From NCBI GenBank assembly GCA_963748015.1, contig CAVVHE010000005.1, positions 32,001 to 96,000 on the forward strand: a stretch of DNA of 64,000 nucleotides, read 5' to 3'. Both the position numbers and the translations under genes were made by a program. Under the pieces are notes generated by a model, which was given only the letters and a program-made list of their open reading frames with translations, was not told the origin of the DNA and did no database searches. Shown here piece by piece: positions 32,307 to 43,964 of this stretch (position 1 is its first letter; each line of letters opens with the position of its first letter). The DNA is from Terriglobia bacterium. Its GTDB lineage: Bacteria; Acidobacteriota; Polarisedimenticolia; Polarisedimenticolales; JAIQFR01.

Positions 32307-34128
32307 TCAGCCCAAGCGCTGTTTCAACCCGTTCAACTGAGCCTGCAAGGGTGCCGGCACTCCGCCAAGCTCCTGGTAATACTTCTCAATACCCGCGACT
32401 TCCTTTCTCCAGCCATCCATGTCCACCGCCAGCAACTGATCCAGATCCTCGCAAGGGATGTCGAGACCGGATAGGTCGAGGGCGTCCTTGGTCGGCAGGT
32501 TGCCGATTGGCGTCTTCTGGGCCTTGCCGGTGCCGTCCACGCGTTCGCAGATCCACTTGAGCACCCGGCTATTGTCGCCAAAACCGGGCCACAGCCATTT
32601 GCCGGTCGTCATCCTTGCGGAACCAGTTCACGAAGAAAACCTTCGGCAGCTTGCTGCGGTCGGTCTTTTCCGCCATGGACAGCCAGTGGGCGAAGTAATC
32701 GCCCATGTTGTAGCCGCAGAACGGCAGCATGGCGAACGGGTCGCGCCGCAGCACGCCGGCGGAGCCCAGCGCGGCCGCGGTGGTTTCCGAACCGCAGGCC
32801 GAACCCATAAACACGCCGTGTTCCCAATCGAACGCTTCGTTGGCCAGCGGGATCGTGCTGGGGCGGCGTCCGCCGAAGAGGATGGCCGAAAGCGGCACGC
32901 CGGCGGGATTCTGCCAGTCGGGATCGATCACCGGGCATTGGGAGGCCGGGGCGGTGAAACGGGAGTTGGGATGGGCCGCCTTCTTGCCGCTGTCTGGCGT
33001 CCAGTCGTTGCCTTCCCAGTCGATCCCCTTGGCCGGCGCAGGCACGCCCATGTCCTCCCACCACACGTCGTTGTCGGGCGTCAGCACGACATTGGTGAAG
33101 ATGGTGTTCTTGGCGCAGGCGGCGAGCGCATTGGGATTGGAGTTGGCGGAGGTACCGGGCGCGACGCCGAAGAAGCCGGTTTCAGGGTTCATGGCGTAGA
33201 GCCGGCCATCCTCGCCCACGCGGATCCAGGCGATGTCGTCGCCCAAGGTGGTGACTTTCCAGCCGGGCAGAGTGGGCTGCATCATGGCCAGATTGGTCTT
33301 GCCGCAGGCGCTCGGGAAGGCGGCGGCGACGTAATGCTTCTTGCCGGCGGGCGAAGTCAGGCAGAGGATCAGCATGTGCTCGGCCATCCAGCCTTCCTTC
33401 TTGGCCATCGGTGGAGGCGATGCGCAGCGCCAGGCATTTCTTGCCCAGCAGCGCGTTGCCGCCGTAACCCGAACCGTAAGACCAGATCGAGGGTTCCTCG
33501 GGGAAATGGACGATGTACTTGTTCTTCGGATCGGGTTCGCACGGCCAGGCGACGTCGGCCTGACCGGGTTGGAGGGGCGCTCCGACCGAGTGCATGCAAG
33601 GAATGAACTTCCCGTTTGCGCCCAGCTTGTTGAGCACCGCCTGGCCCATGCGGGTCATGATCCGCATGTTGACCACCACGTAGGCGGAGTCCGAGATTTC
33701 AATGCCGATCTTGCAGATGGGGGAATCCAGCGGACCCATCGCGAAGGGAATGACATACATCGTGCGACCCTTCATGCAGCCCCGGAAGAGCTGCTTCATC
33801 TTGGCCTTCATTTCCACAGGGTCGGCCCAGTGGTTGGTTGGACCCGCCTCCTCCTTGGTTTTGGAGCAGATGAAGGTGCGGTCTTCGACCCGGGCCACGT
33901 CACTGGGATGTGAACGGGCCAGATAGCTGCCGGGGCGCTTGGCTTCGCGTTCAGCTTGGTGAACGTACCCGCCTTGACCAAGGCCTCGCAAAGCTGCTGG
34001 TTTTCAGCCTCCGAACCGTCGCACCACCAGACATTGGCCGGTTGACACAGTTCGATCATGTCCTTGACCCAGGCGTGCAATGTGGCGTGGGTTGTCTTAC
34101 CGTTTCCGAGTGTTTTCGTGTCGCTCAT
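32307..34128 (-). CDS. pckG: GTP-dependent phosphoenolpyruvate carboxykinase (3 frameshifts)
   Basis: [76 protein letters not shown]. Confidence 0.95.
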
Positions 34129-34385
34129 GTTTGTCAGTTTCGATTTCGATGTAATGGGCACAGGGAGTCCGGCGGGCGTGAATTGCCTCCTGCCGGGGTC
34201 TAGTACGCAACCGTGACCATGAGAACGATCTTTGGTCACGCTTGTCCTCGCCTGAGGCCCGCGAAGATTAGCGGGCCAGCGGGGTTAGGGCCAGAAGAAT
34301 CGGTCCTCCTGCGGCACCCCCGAATTGCGACCCCTCCCGGGTAACAGCCACTTCTGGCGCACGGGGCGTTGGCTGGCGCAGGACA

Positions 34386-34415
34386 AGAAGAAACGCCGGA
34401 GCACGCTCCGGCATT
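34386..34415 (-). terminator. Intrinsic terminator
   Basis: GCCGGAGC-gt-GCTCCGGC followed by GTTTCTTCTT on the minus strand, about 30 nt after the stop at 34444. Confidence 0.6.
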
Positions 34416-34443
34416 TGAGGGAAACCTGGGTGAGTGTCTCCAG

Positions 34444-35430
34444 TCAGGCTTCGGAAAAGGCGCTCTGAATCACGATCTTGCCCGCGTCGTCGGGGGCGTC
34501 AGACTTGACATCGTCATTGGCGCTTGAAAAGGCGAGGTAGAGGAAGGCTAACAGGTTGGTGACCGGCAGGATCAGGAAGATGGTGACCCAGAGGCTCTTG
34601 CCCCGGGCCTGGACGATCTTCACGCACCAGACGATCATCGCGACCACCTGGAGCACGGAAGTGACCGCGCCGAGAATCGAGAGGCTGCCCATCACTTTCG
34701 CGACATTCAGAGCCAGCCCCCCAAACATGACCACCGGGATGGCGGCGGCGACCAGCAGCGGGCTGATCCAGAAGAGGAACCAGAGCATCGACATGCCGGC
34801 CGCGCGCAGCATGGGGACGAGTTGTAGGATCGGCAACCAGATCATCAGTCCTGCTTCGGTGCCTGTCTTTTGCACGATTAGCTTGAGGCAGTAGCAGAAG
34901 AACAGATAGACCAGCAGAGCCACAGCCAGAATGCCGATGAGGAAGGGCATGAGTCGTTTGAGTTGCTCGGGGTTGGGCGCCAATTGTCCGGGCAGGAACC
35001 CCGGAGCCCCGCTTCCCATCGATTCCTGGCCATCCGTGCTGGCGGACGTGGGCAGGGAGGCGGATTCCAATACCTTCGCCAGGGCTGCCGGCATCCGCTT
35101 TTCCTTCGCGGCCGCTTCGGCTGCCGCCAGCGCTTCCCGGGAGCCGGGTTCCAACGGCTTGTCTCCAAGGCCCAACCGCCAAAGCGTTTCCGGATCCAGA
35201 TCGTTCATCTTCACATTGGCCATCCCGCCGGAATGAACGATGAAAATGTCCGTCTGGTTGCGGCCGGTCATTGTCACATTCCGATACACGTCCGTCTTGG
35301 TCTGGATCACGTCCAGATGCGCATCCCCAGCTACACTTGTGCTGTTGAGCAGCAGAGCCAGCCCGATGCCTAGGAGCACAGCCATGACGGACCGGATCAG
35401 CATATTGAAGATTGGGTGATTTGTTTTCAT
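34444..35430 (-). CDS. Hypothetical membrane protein (DUF5684-like C-terminal TM domain)
   Basis: N-terminal signal/TM; YLFFCYCLKLIVQK..MIWLPILQLVPMLRAAGMS..ARGKSLW..NLLAFLYLAFS. Confidence 0.7.
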   Translation of the reverse strand: MKTNHPIFNMLIRSVMAVLLGIGLALLLNSTSVAGDAHLDVIQTKTDVYRNVTMTGRNQTDIFIVHSGGMANVKMNDLDPETLWRLGLGDKPLEPGSREALAAAEAAAKEKRMPAALAKVLESASLPTSASTDGQESMGSGAPGFLPGQLAPNPEQLKRLMPFLIGILAVALLVYLFFCYCLKLIVQKTGTEAGLMIWLPILQLVPMLRAAGMSMLWFLFWISPLLVAAAIPVVMFGGLALNVAKVMGSLSILGAVTSVLQVVAMIVWCVKIVQARGKSLWVTIFLILPVTNLLAFLYLAFSSANDDVKSDAPDDAGKIVIQSAFSEA

Positions 35431-35523
35431 GCGTATCCTTTTGCAAATGCTACAGCCTTGTCCCTCCATTGATATTGAGGACGACCCCTTCGGGCAGAAA
35501 GCGTGCCACAGGAACGGAACAGC

Positions 35524-35614
35524 AAGTCTGAAGTTCGAAAGGATGGGCCAGTGCGATGCGCCTGATTCGCTTTCCAAGCTCTTGGACTTCGGACCCCGAC
35601 CTTCAGACTTCAGA
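35524..35614. repeat. Short inverted 7-mer-array element without cargo
   Basis: aagtctgaagttcg pairs 13/14 with cgaccttcagactt; extra units ggacttcggac. Confidence 0.6.
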
Positions 35615-35628
35615 GTTTGCTACACCGC

Positions 35629-38232
35629 TTACCGCCCGGCGCCGTCCATTCCGGTGCCATCCAGGTCTATGAGGATCTCCCGGGGTTCGGCGCCTTTGCT
35701 GGGGCCGACGATGCCGCGGGTTTCGAGTTCGTCCATGATACGCGCGGCGCGGGTGTAGCCCAAGCGGAGGCGGCGCTGGAGCAGCGAGACGCTGGCCTTC
35801 TGTTCCGATCGAATCACTTCAATGCATTGCTCGATCAGGTTCTCGTCCTCGTCGATGCTGCTCTCGCTGGGCAGACCGCTGGCTGGCTTCTGGAGTTCCT
35901 TGTGAATCTCCAGCTCGTAGCTCGGTTTCGCCTGTTTGGCGATGAAGTCCACAATGGCGGTGATCTCCTCGTCCGTAATCAGCGCGCCTTGTGCGCGGTT
36001 CAGCTTGGCGGAGCCGGGCGGAAGATAGAGCATGTCACCCTTGCCCAGGAGCTTGTCGGCTCCCATGGCGTCGAGGATCGTGCGCGAGTCCACCCGTTGA
36101 GCAACTTGGAATGCGATGCGTGCCGGGATGTTGGCTTTGATGACGCCCGTGATGACATCCACCGACGGGCGTTGGGTGGCCACGATGCAGTGAATGCCGG
36201 CCGCGCGGGCCATCTGCGTGATGCGGGCGATGGCCATCTCCACGTCCGCGGGCGCCACCAGCATCAGGTCGGCCAGCTCGTCGATGATGACCACGATGTA
36301 GCTCAGCTTCTCCGGGATGACGATTTCGTCTTCGCGGGGCACGACGATTTCCTCATCCACTTCCACCGCGAAGCCGTCCGCACCGGCCTCCACGTTTTCC
36401 TTGCGGGCGGTGAGCGGCAGCTCGGGTTCCTGGGGCGGCAACGGTTTGTCTTTGGGGCGGGCGTTGAAGGAATTGATGTTGCGGACCCCGACGCGTGCAA
36501 AGATCTGGTAACGCTTTTCCATCTCGCGAATGACCCATTGCAGTGCCAGCGTCACCTTCTTGGGATCGGTGACCACCGGCACCACCAGGTGGGGGAGGGC
36601 GTTATAATGCTGCAACTCGACCACCTTCGGATCGATCATTACGAAGCGGAGCTGGTCCGGGGAAAACCGGTAGAGCAGGGAGGTGATGATGAGATTGATG
36701 CAGACCGACTTGCCGGAGCCCGTGCTGCCCGCGATGAGCAGGTGCGGCATGTCCGCCAGATCGGCGATGATCGGTTTGCCGTAAACATCCTTGCCCAGCG
36801 CCACCGGAATCCGGGCCTTGGTGTTGCGCCACTCGTCGGCTTCCAGCAGATCGCGGGCGATTACCTTGGTCTTGACCGGATTCGGCACCTCGATGCCGAC
36901 GGAACTCTTGCCGGGGACGGGAACCAGGATATGAATCCGTTCGGCCTTGAGGGCTGCGGCCAGGTTGTTGCTCAGGCTCTGGATCTTCTCCAGCTTGACG
37001 CCGGGGGCCGGATGCAGTTCGTAACGGGTGATGGTCGGGCCCTTGGTGATGTCGCCCGGTTCGACCTCGATGCCAAACTGCGCCAGCGTTTGCTGCATCA
37101 ACCGCGCCTTGGCCATCAACTCCTCCTTGCTCTCGGTGGGACGCAGGCTAGGGTCCGGGTAATTCAAGAGTTCCAGTGGCGGCAGCTTGTAATCGCCAAT
37201 CATGGGCACAGCCGCTACGGCGACTGGCTTGCGCTTTGCCGCTTTGGATTTGGCTGCGGCCAGGGGCTTGGCCGTCGCCACGGCCTCCTCTACACCTGAT
37301 CCCGCTTCATCCTCCTCGTTCTCGACTTCGACTTCTGGCGCCTCAGCCTTCTCCGCTGGCTTGGCCGTGAACGGGTTGTCAGCCCCGAGGATGTCCGCTG
37401 TGGAGGCCGCCTGCAGTTCCTTCTGGGAGATGGTCATCACCGGTTCCTCCTCCACCGGTTCCTCCACCTTGGGTTCTTTCCGGTCTTCCTTGGCCGGGCG
37501 CTTGGTGGGCACGCTCAAGTCTCTGACCTCCGGTGTAGGCACGGGCTGCCCATCGGCTCCCAGACCTGCTTTGCGCGCCTGTTCGACCTCTCGCCGCAGC
37601 CGTTCCTCGGTTTCCTTGAGCTGCTGCGCCTTGCGTTCGAGCCGCGATCCTTCCAAACCCACGACCGCCTCGCTGCCCTTGCCCGTCATCGCGCGAATCC
37701 AAACACCCAACCGAAAGTTGGTGAGGTAGAGCAGCGTGATGAAATAGAGCATCAGGAACAGGATCGTGGCCCCCACCCGGCCGAAGTATCCGAAGAGGAA
37801 CTTGTTCAAGCATACGCCAGAGACGCCGCCGGCGGTGATGAACAGCCGTTCCGTCATCCCTCCGATAAGGTGACCATGCAGATCCAGCAACCCGGTGCCG
37901 CAGATCATGAAGACCACCAGCCAGGCCCAGCGCCGGCGCAGGTAGCCAAAGGCCTCAAAGAAGCAGCCCAGGCCCAGAAAGAAGGTCAGGACCGGCAGGA
38001 TGTAGGCCGCCATGCCGAACCAAAACAGGAAGTAATATCCCATCCAAGCCCCAAACGACCCGATCCAGTTGCCAACCGGCACGTTCACGGGCAGGCCATT
38101 CCTGGAGACATCGTGGGGATCATAGGAGAAGAGCGCCACCAGGAGGAGCGCCGAGAATCCCATGAACACAATCCCCGCCACGTCCCCAAGTCCGCCCGTT
38201 GAATCCAGGTCAGTTGTCGACCGTTTTGCCAT
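35629..38232 (-). CDS. ftsK: DNA translocase FtsK/SpoIIIE
   Basis: N-terminal TMs; MPHLLIAGSTGSGKSV, IIDELADLM, ATQRPSVDVITG; gamma domain SLLQRRLRLGYTRAAR. Confidence 0.97.
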   Translation of the reverse strand: MAKRSTTDLDSTGGLGDVAGIVFMGFSALLLVALFSYDPHDVSRNGLPVNVPVGNWIGSFGAWMGYYFLFWFGMAAYILPVLTFFLGLGCFFEAFGYLRRRWAWLVVFMICGTGLLDLHGHLIGGMTERLFITAGGVSGVCLNKFLFGYFGRVGATILFLMLYFITLLYLTNFRLGVWIRAMTGKGSEAVVGLEGSRLERKAQQLKETEERLRREVEQARKAGLGADGQPVPTPEVRDLSVPTKRPAKEDRKEPKVEEPVEEEPVMTISQKELQAASTADILGADNPFTAKPAEKAEAPEVEVENEEDEAGSGVEEAVATAKPLAAAKSKAAKRKPVAVAAVPMIGDYKLPPLELLNYPDPSLRPTESKEELMAKARLMQQTLAQFGIEVEPGDITKGPTITRYELHPAPGVKLEKIQSLSNNLAAALKAERIHILVPVPGKSSVGIEVPNPVKTKVIARDLLEADEWRNTKARIPVALGKDVYGKPIIADLADMPHLLIAGSTGSGKSVCINLIITSLLYRFSPDQLRFVMIDPKVVELQHYNALPHLVVPVVTDPKKVTLALQWVIREMEKRYQIFARVGVRNINSFNARPKDKPLPPQEPELPLTARKENVEAGADGFAVEVDEEIVVPREDEIVIPEKLSYIVVIIDELADLMLVAPADVEMAIARITQMARAAGIHCIVATQRPSVDVITGVIKANIPARIAFQVAQRVDSRTILDAMGADKLLGKGDMLYLPPGSAKLNRAQGALITDEEITAIVDFIAKQAKPSYELEIHKELQKPASGLPSESSIDEDENLIEQCIEVIRSEQKASVSLLQRRLRLGYTRAARIMDELETRGIVGPSKGAEPREILIDLDGTGMDGAGR

Positions 38233-38331
38233 GCGGCGAACCTAGCAATTCTGGTGCGAGTTCAAAGCGCAAATCCTCGCTCACCGTGTGCTTGAATCGG
38301 TCACTGTGACTGTTACTGTGGGGTGCGCCGG

Positions 38332-39942
38332 ATGTCCGAGACCAAGCCATCACCGTTCGACCGATTCAAGGACAGGCTGCATCATCTGTTTGTGGGCGGC
38401 GACGAGGTGGGGCGCGACCGTGCGCCCACTCACCTGCAGCAGTACTTCCAATTCTGGCGCCTGGCGATTGAAAGCTTCACCAGAAATCGGCTTCCCGTCC
38501 GCGCGGCGTCTCTGTCCTACACGACGATCCTTGCCCTGGTTCCTATGCTAGCCGTGGCCATGGGCATCACCAGCAGCTTCCTGAAGGACCAAAGCGAGGA
38601 ACGGATCGCCCGATTCGTGGATCACTTGGTCGAAAGCGTCGTGCCACCGGCTGTGCTGACTAACACCGCTCCCCGCAGGGGAGTTGTCGGCGGTGCGGGC
38701 GTCGGAGAACAACCAGCCACACTTCCCGGACGGGACTTGCACGCGGTCGATCCGATCGAGCGGATCTCGACCAACGCCGATTCCACGCTGGTTGGGGAAG
38801 AATTGCTGTTGACGAACGCTCCGGCACTCAAACCGCGCGTGCTGGATGAGAACGTGCAGGATGATGTTGCGCGTTCCATCCGAAAGTTCATTCAGAACAC
38901 GCGCAGTGGGACCCTGGGGTTGGTCGGCACCGCCGCCCTGGTTTTTCTGGCCATTTCCATGCTGATCCGGATTGAGGACGCGTTCAACGACGTCTGGGGC
39001 GTGCGCAAAGGGCGGAGCTGGTTCATGCGGTTGGTCCTGTACTGGACAGTGATTTCCCTGGCGCCGGTCATGTTGGCGGTGGCGTTGGGCCTGGCCACTG
39101 GACCGCATCTGGCCGCCACGCAGCGGCTGATCGGCGAAATTCCCCTGCTGGGCTGGGTGGTGTTCCAAGTCCTTCCCGTTATTGTGTTATGCCTGGCTTT
39201 TGCCGTCTTCTACATGCTGATGCCCAACACCAAGGTGCGGTGGAACGCGGCATTGGTCGGCGGTGTGGTGGCCGCCTTGTTGTGGCACATCAACAATTCA
39301 CTGAGCGCGCTCTACGTCTCGCGCGTGGTCACCAACTTCAAGATCTACGGCGGTATCGGCCTCGTGCCGGTCTTCATGATCGGGCTCTATTTCGCCTGGG
39401 TCATCCTTCTCTTTGGCGGGCAGGTTTCCTACGCTTGGCAAAATCGACTGGCCTATTTCCAGGAACGAGTCAGCGATAACGTAAACCAGCGCGGCAAGGA
39501 GTTTGTGGCCCTGCGCCTCATGACCGCCATCAGCGCCGCCTACGTGCGCGGTGTGGAGCCGCCCTCTGAATCCCAGATGTCTGAGACGCTGGAAATCCCG
39601 CCCCGTCTGACGCAGCAGGTCCTGCGAACGCTGGTGGCCTCCCGCCTGATCACCGAAGTGTCGGGAAGCGAGCCGGCCTATGTGCCGGCGCGTCCGACCG
39701 AATCCATTTCCTGCTACGACGTTCTCCAAGCGCTGCGGGCCGGGCAGGGCACCGATGTCACCTTCCAGGAGGAACCGCTGCACCGCCAGATCCTCGGGGA
39801 GTTCCAACGCATCAATGACGCCGAACGTCGCGCCGCGGAGTCAGTTTCCATTCAGGCCCTGGCGGATCGGGCCAATGCTTTGGCCCTTGGCGGGGTCTCC
39901 CAACCAGGGCGGCTAACGGGCGGGGATACGGAAAGGACCTGA
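38332..39942 (+). CDS. YihY/BrkB family membrane protein with C-terminal winged helix
   Basis: RAASLSYTTILALVP, IEDAFNDVW, MPNTKV, KIYG..PVFMIGLYFAWVILLFG; tail YVPARP. Confidence 0.88.
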   Translation: MSETKPSPFDRFKDRLHHLFVGGDEVGRDRAPTHLQQYFQFWRLAIESFTRNRLPVRAASLSYTTILALVPMLAVAMGITSSFLKDQSEERIARFVDHLVESVVPPAVLTNTAPRRGVVGGAGVGEQPATLPGRDLHAVDPIERISTNADSTLVGEELLLTNAPALKPRVLDENVQDDVARSIRKFIQNTRSGTLGLVGTAALVFLAISMLIRIEDAFNDVWGVRKGRSWFMRLVLYWTVISLAPVMLAVALGLATGPHLAATQRLIGEIPLLGWVVFQVLPVIVLCLAFAVFYMLMPNTKVRWNAALVGGVVAALLWHINNSLSALYVSRVVTNFKIYGGIGLVPVFMIGLYFAWVILLFGGQVSYAWQNRLAYFQERVSDNVNQRGKEFVALRLMTAISAAYVRGVEPPSESQMSETLEIPPRLTQQVLRTLVASRLITEVSGSEPAYVPARPTESISCYDVLQALRAGQGTDVTFQEEPLHRQILGEFQRINDAERRAAESVSIQALADRANALALGGVSQPGRLTGGDTERT

Positions 39943-39943
39943 C

Positions 39944-41044
39944 ATGATTGTTGGCGTTCCCAAAGAGATCAAACGGCAGGAGCACAGGGTTGCCCTGCTG
40001 CCCTCAGGCGCTTATCACCTGGTTCGGCGCGGACACTGCGTGGTGGTCGAGCGAGGGGCCGGGGTGGATGCTGGATTCCACGATGAGGAATACGAGCGGG
40101 CGGGGGCGACCCTGGTGGACGCGGCCGCAGCGGTGTTCGATCAGGCCGAGCTGGTGGTGAAGGTGAAGGAGCCGCAACCGTCCGAGTACGGCCTGCTGCG
40201 ACAGGGCCAGGTGCTGTTCACCTACCTGCACCTGGCAGCCAACCGCGAGTTGACCCAGGCCTTGATTGATTCGGGCGTGACGGCACTGGCCTATGAGACC
40301 ATCGAGGTGAACGGACGGTTGCCATTGTTGGAGCCGATGAGTGAGATCGCAGGCCGGATGAGCATCATTGTAGGCGGCTACTTTCTCACCAAACATTGCG
40401 GCGGGAGCGGTGTGTTGTTGGGCGGCGTGCCCGGGGTTTTGCCGGGCAAGGTGCTGGTGCTGGGCGGCGGCACGTCCGGGGTCAACGCCGCGCGCATGGC
40501 GCAGGGCCTGGGAGCCGACGTGACCATCCTTGAGGTGGACGTGGAACGGATGCGGTTCCTGGACATCACCCTGCACACCGCCCACACGCTGTATTCGGAC
40601 GAATCCCATCTGCTGGAACTGCTGCCGGCAACGGATCTTCTGATCGGTGCTGTGCTGGTGCCGGGGGCGCGGGCGCCGCGGCTCATCCGGCGGGACATGC
40701 TCCGCCTCATGCGTCCAGGCAGCGTTTTTGTGGACATTGCCATTGATCAGGGGGGATGCGCCGAGACTTCACGTCCGACCACTCATGACAAGCCGGTATT
40801 TGTCGAGGAGGGGGTTGTGCATTACGGCGTCGCCAACATGCCCGCCGCCTACGCGCGCACCGCCACCCAAGCTTTGGCCAATGTGACCCACCCGTACGTC
40901 GAATACATCGCTGATCTCGGCTTGGCGGAGGCCTGCCGCAAACAGCCCGCCCTGCGCAGCGGCATCAATATCATGAATGGCCGCTGCACTCATGCAGCGG
41001 TGGCAGAAGCCCACAGCCTGGCTTGCAGCGAGCCGCTGGTCTGA
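39944..41044 (+). CDS. ald: Alanine dehydrogenase
   Basis: [53 protein letters not shown]. Confidence 0.95.
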   Translation: MIVGVPKEIKRQEHRVALLPSGAYHLVRRGHCVVVERGAGVDAGFHDEEYERAGATLVDAAAAVFDQAELVVKVKEPQPSEYGLLRQGQVLFTYLHLAANRELTQALIDSGVTALAYETIEVNGRLPLLEPMSEIAGRMSIIVGGYFLTKHCGGSGVLLGGVPGVLPGKVLVLGGGTSGVNAARMAQGLGADVTILEVDVERMRFLDITLHTAHTLYSDESHLLELLPATDLLIGAVLVPGARAPRLIRRDMLRLMRPGSVFVDIAIDQGGCAETSRPTTHDKPVFVEEGVVHYGVANMPAAYARTATQALANVTHPYVEYIADLGLAEACRKQPALRSGINIMNGRCTHAAVAEAHSLACSEPLV

Positions 41045-41141
41045 AAAACCGACTTCGGACTTCTGGGCCCAACCCTGGCCGCAAGCTTAGCGGCACGCCC
41101 TCCGCGGGATGGTGATTCCCGTGGCTCACCTCCACCGGGCG

Positions 41142-41720
41142 CTATTCGTTTATTCCCCACCGCGGGCTGGGATGCCATGGAGGCGCCGCTCCGTCCTCCG
41201 AATCAGAATCTCCTTTGCATCGTTTACGGATGCACCGGACTGTGAACTCCAACACGCGTTTGGAAGTGGTGCCGAAGTGGCAGAACAGCGTCCGACCGGT
41301 TTCGGCCGCGACTTTTCGCAGGGTGGCGAGCATGTTGCCGGCTTCCGCTGTGGGACGGACCTGGTCGTCCAGCGACGCAACGATGGCGCTCCCCGGCGAG
41401 CCGGGTTGATGCGCCCAGAGATCAATCCAGTTGATCACTTCTTGCGGCAGATTTCCGTCGCCATGGGCGGACAGCACGACCATGTCCGATTGGCGCGCTT
41501 CCCTCGCAGCCCAGTCATGCACCTCCGGCACTCGCAGCAGGTCGAACCGGCACAGTTCCACGTGAGGGTCCACAGGCCATTCAAATTGCCTGAAGACCCG
41601 CGACAAAGCAGCCTTTGAACGGAGGCCAGCCTGGACGTCCTCGTAGGCTATAAAGACCTGAAATCCCTCGTGGCTCCCGCCACCAGGGGCAGCGTCCGTT
41701 TTATGCACATGCTCCATCAC
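41142..41720 (-). CDS. Hypothetical protein (degenerate receiver/flavodoxin-like pattern)
   Basis: 192-aa ORF; VFIAYED..RFDLL..AREARQSDMVVLS..WIDLW; ends WGINE. Confidence 0.55.
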   Translation of the reverse strand: MMEHVHKTDAAPGGGSHEGFQVFIAYEDVQAGLRSKAALSRVFRQFEWPVDPHVELCRFDLLRVPEVHDWAAREARQSDMVVLSAHGDGNLPQEVINWIDLWAHQPGSPGSAIVASLDDQVRPTAEAGNMLATLRKVAAETGRTLFCHFGTTSKRVLEFTVRCIRKRCKGDSDSEDGAAPPWHPSPRWGINE

Positions 41721-41994
41721 TTTCCAAACTCCTGCGCCAGAACGCCTCGCACCGTCCTTGCAGACGAAATGCCACGTGGTTCAACTCTGGCTCTTGAATC
41801 GCGTGAAAACCACCCGCACCACCTGCGCTAAATTCACCTTTCTGTTCACTATAGCGTCTGTAGCCCTTGCCAGCCATCGGCAGACGTGCTGAAGCCGACT
41901 CGGCAAAATGCCTAATCCGTTAGCCGCCACCTCAGAGCACGTCGGGATTCGGAGTGGGGGGTGTCTTCAGTCACCCGGTCCCTCGGGGGGTGAC

Positions 41995-43068
41995 CTACTC
42001 AGGCGCCTGAACGGCGGAAGGGGTGAAGACTCTCATGTCCCGGGTGCGCAAGAACACGGTTTGGCCGGTTGCCAACTGGAGTTCGGCGCATCGTTCGTGG
42101 GACAGGTCCACCTGCACTGTTTGACCCCACGGGGTCAACACCTCCACTTTCACGGTCGGTCCGGCGGCGTTGATCATCTTGATGCCGGCCGCCATACAAT
42201 TGCGCCCGCCCGGTTCACGGGTGACCGCCAATTGATGCGGGCGCACATAGACGTAGGCCTCCCGAGCCTCGGCGGGTGGTGGTTCGTGCAGTTCGAACGG
42301 GACGTCGTGAACATACGCCTGGCCCTGGCGAATCTGGCACTGGAACAGATTCACGTTCCCCAAGAAATCGCAGACGAACGGTGACGATGGATGATGATAG
42401 ACTTCCTCTGGGGCGCCGACCTGGATCACGCGGCCCTTGTTCATCACCACCACCCGGTCGGCGACCTCCAGGGCCTCCTCCTGATCGTGCGTGACGAACA
42501 CGCTGGTGATCTGCACCTCGTCGTGCAGGCGCCGCAGCCAATGCCGCAGCTCGACGCGCACCTTGGCGTCCAGCGCGCCGAACGGTTCATCGAGCAACAG
42601 CACCCGCGGCTCCACGGCTAGCGCACGGGCCAGGGCCACCCGCTGTCGCTGCCCGCCCGACAGTTGAGCGGGGTAGCGCCGGGCCAGGGTTTCCAACCTC
42701 ACCAAACTCAACAATTGTTCCACACGCCGTCGGATGTCCTGTTGCGACAGGCGCCCCTTCCAGCGCACGCGCAAGCCGAACGCGATATTCTCGAAGACCG
42801 TCATGTGCCGGAAGAGGGCGTAGTGCTGGAACACGAATCCGACCCGGCGGGCCCGCACGCTCTGCGTGGTGGCGTCCTCGCCGTCGAACAGGATGTGGCC
42901 GCTGTCGGCGTAGTCCAACCCGGAAAGGATGCGCAGCAGGGTGGTTTTGCCGCAGCCGGACGGGCCGAGCAAGGCCACCAACTGGCCGGGGGCCACCTCG
43001 ATCGTGACATTGTCGAGCGCTGTGAATTCGCCGAACCGCTTGGTCAGATTCTGTACTTGGATTCTCAT
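41995..43068 (-). CDS. cysA: Sulfate ABC transporter ATP-binding subunit
   Basis: [52 protein letters not shown]-terminal TOBE-like domain. Confidence 0.95.
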   Translation of the reverse strand: MRIQVQNLTKRFGEFTALDNVTIEVAPGQLVALLGPSGCGKTTLLRILSGLDYADSGHILFDGEDATTQSVRARRVGFVFQHYALFRHMTVFENIAFGLRVRWKGRLSQQDIRRRVEQLLSLVRLETLARRYPAQLSGGQRQRVALARALAVEPRVLLLDEPFGALDAKVRVELRHWLRRLHDEVQITSVFVTHDQEEALEVADRVVVMNKGRVIQVGAPEEVYHHPSSPFVCDFLGNVNLFQCQIRQGQAYVHDVPFELHEPPPAEAREAYVYVRPHQLAVTREPGGRNCMAAGIKMINAAGPTVKVEVLTPWGQTVQVDLSHERCAELQLATGQTVFLRTRDMRVFTPSAVQAPE

Positions 43069-43964
43069 GCGTTGATGTCCTCCAGTCCGAGCGTCAGGGA
43101 AGCCCGCGCCTGCTGTTTGAGACGCCATTCCACCAGGCTCTTGAGCACCAAGGTGACCAGCGCCAGCAAGGCCAGGAGGGACGCGACCGCAAACGCGGCG
43201 GCCGTCTGGTACTCGTTGTAGAGAATCTCGACGTGCAGGGTCATGGTGGTGGTCTGGCCGCGGATGTGTCCGGACACCACCGAGACGGCGCCGAACTCGC
43301 CCAGGGCGCGGGCGGTGCACAGGACCGTTCCGTAGAAGAGGCCCCACTTGATATTCGGCAGGGTGACCCGTCGAAAGGTCTGCCATCCGCTCGCGCCCAG
43401 TGTCAGGGCGGCTTCCTCTTCGTCCGTGCCCTGCGCAGTCACCAGCGGGATCAATTCGCGGGCAACGAGGGGGAAGGTCACGAACACGGTGGCCAGCACG
43501 ATGCCTGGCACGGCAAAAATGATTTGGATGTCATGCTCCAGCAGCCAGGGCCCCAGCCAGCCCTGCAGGCCAAAGATCAGCACATAGATCAACCCTGACA
43601 CCACCGGTGACACCGAGAACGGCAGATCGATCAGCGTGATCAAGAAACTCCGACCCCGGAACTCGAATTTCCCGATCGCCCAGGCTGCGGCGACACCGAA
43701 CACCAGATTCAGCGGCACCGCAATGGCTGCGGCCATCAGGGTCAGTCGGATGGCGTCCAGGGCCATCGGGTCACAGATGGCTGAGAGATAGACCCGCATG
43801 CCCTTGCTCAGCGCGGTTACGAACACCACCGCCAGAGGGAGCACCAGGAAGACGGCCAAAAACGCCAGCGCCACCGCAATCAGCAGCCAGCGCATGACGC
43901 GCGGTTCGGTTACCGCGCGCTCGGCGATCCGTTTGGCAACGTGCAATCGATCCAGAGCGTTCAT
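43065..43964 (-). CDS. cysW: Sulfate ABC transporter permease CysW
   Basis: [47 protein letters not shown]. Confidence 0.95.
   Translation of the reverse strand: MNALDRLHVAKRIAERAVTEPRVMRWLLIAVALAFLAVFLVLPLAVVFVTALSKGMRVYLSAICDPMALDAIRLTLMAAAIAVPLNLVFGVAAAWAIGKFEFRGRSFLITLIDLPFSVSPVVSGLIYVLIFGLQGWLGPWLLEHDIQIIFAVPGIVLATVFVTFPLVARELIPLVTAQGTDEEEAALTLGASGWQTFRRVTLPNIKWGLFYGTVLCTARALGEFGAVSVVSGHIRGQTTTMTLHVEILYNEYQTAAAFAVASLLALLALVTLVLKSLVEWRLKQQARASLTLGLEDINA

Noticed and set aside
32307..34128. Programmed frameshifting or pseudogenisation of pckG
   Set aside because: Three scattered indels with intact motifs and no slippery-site pattern fit sequencing error better.
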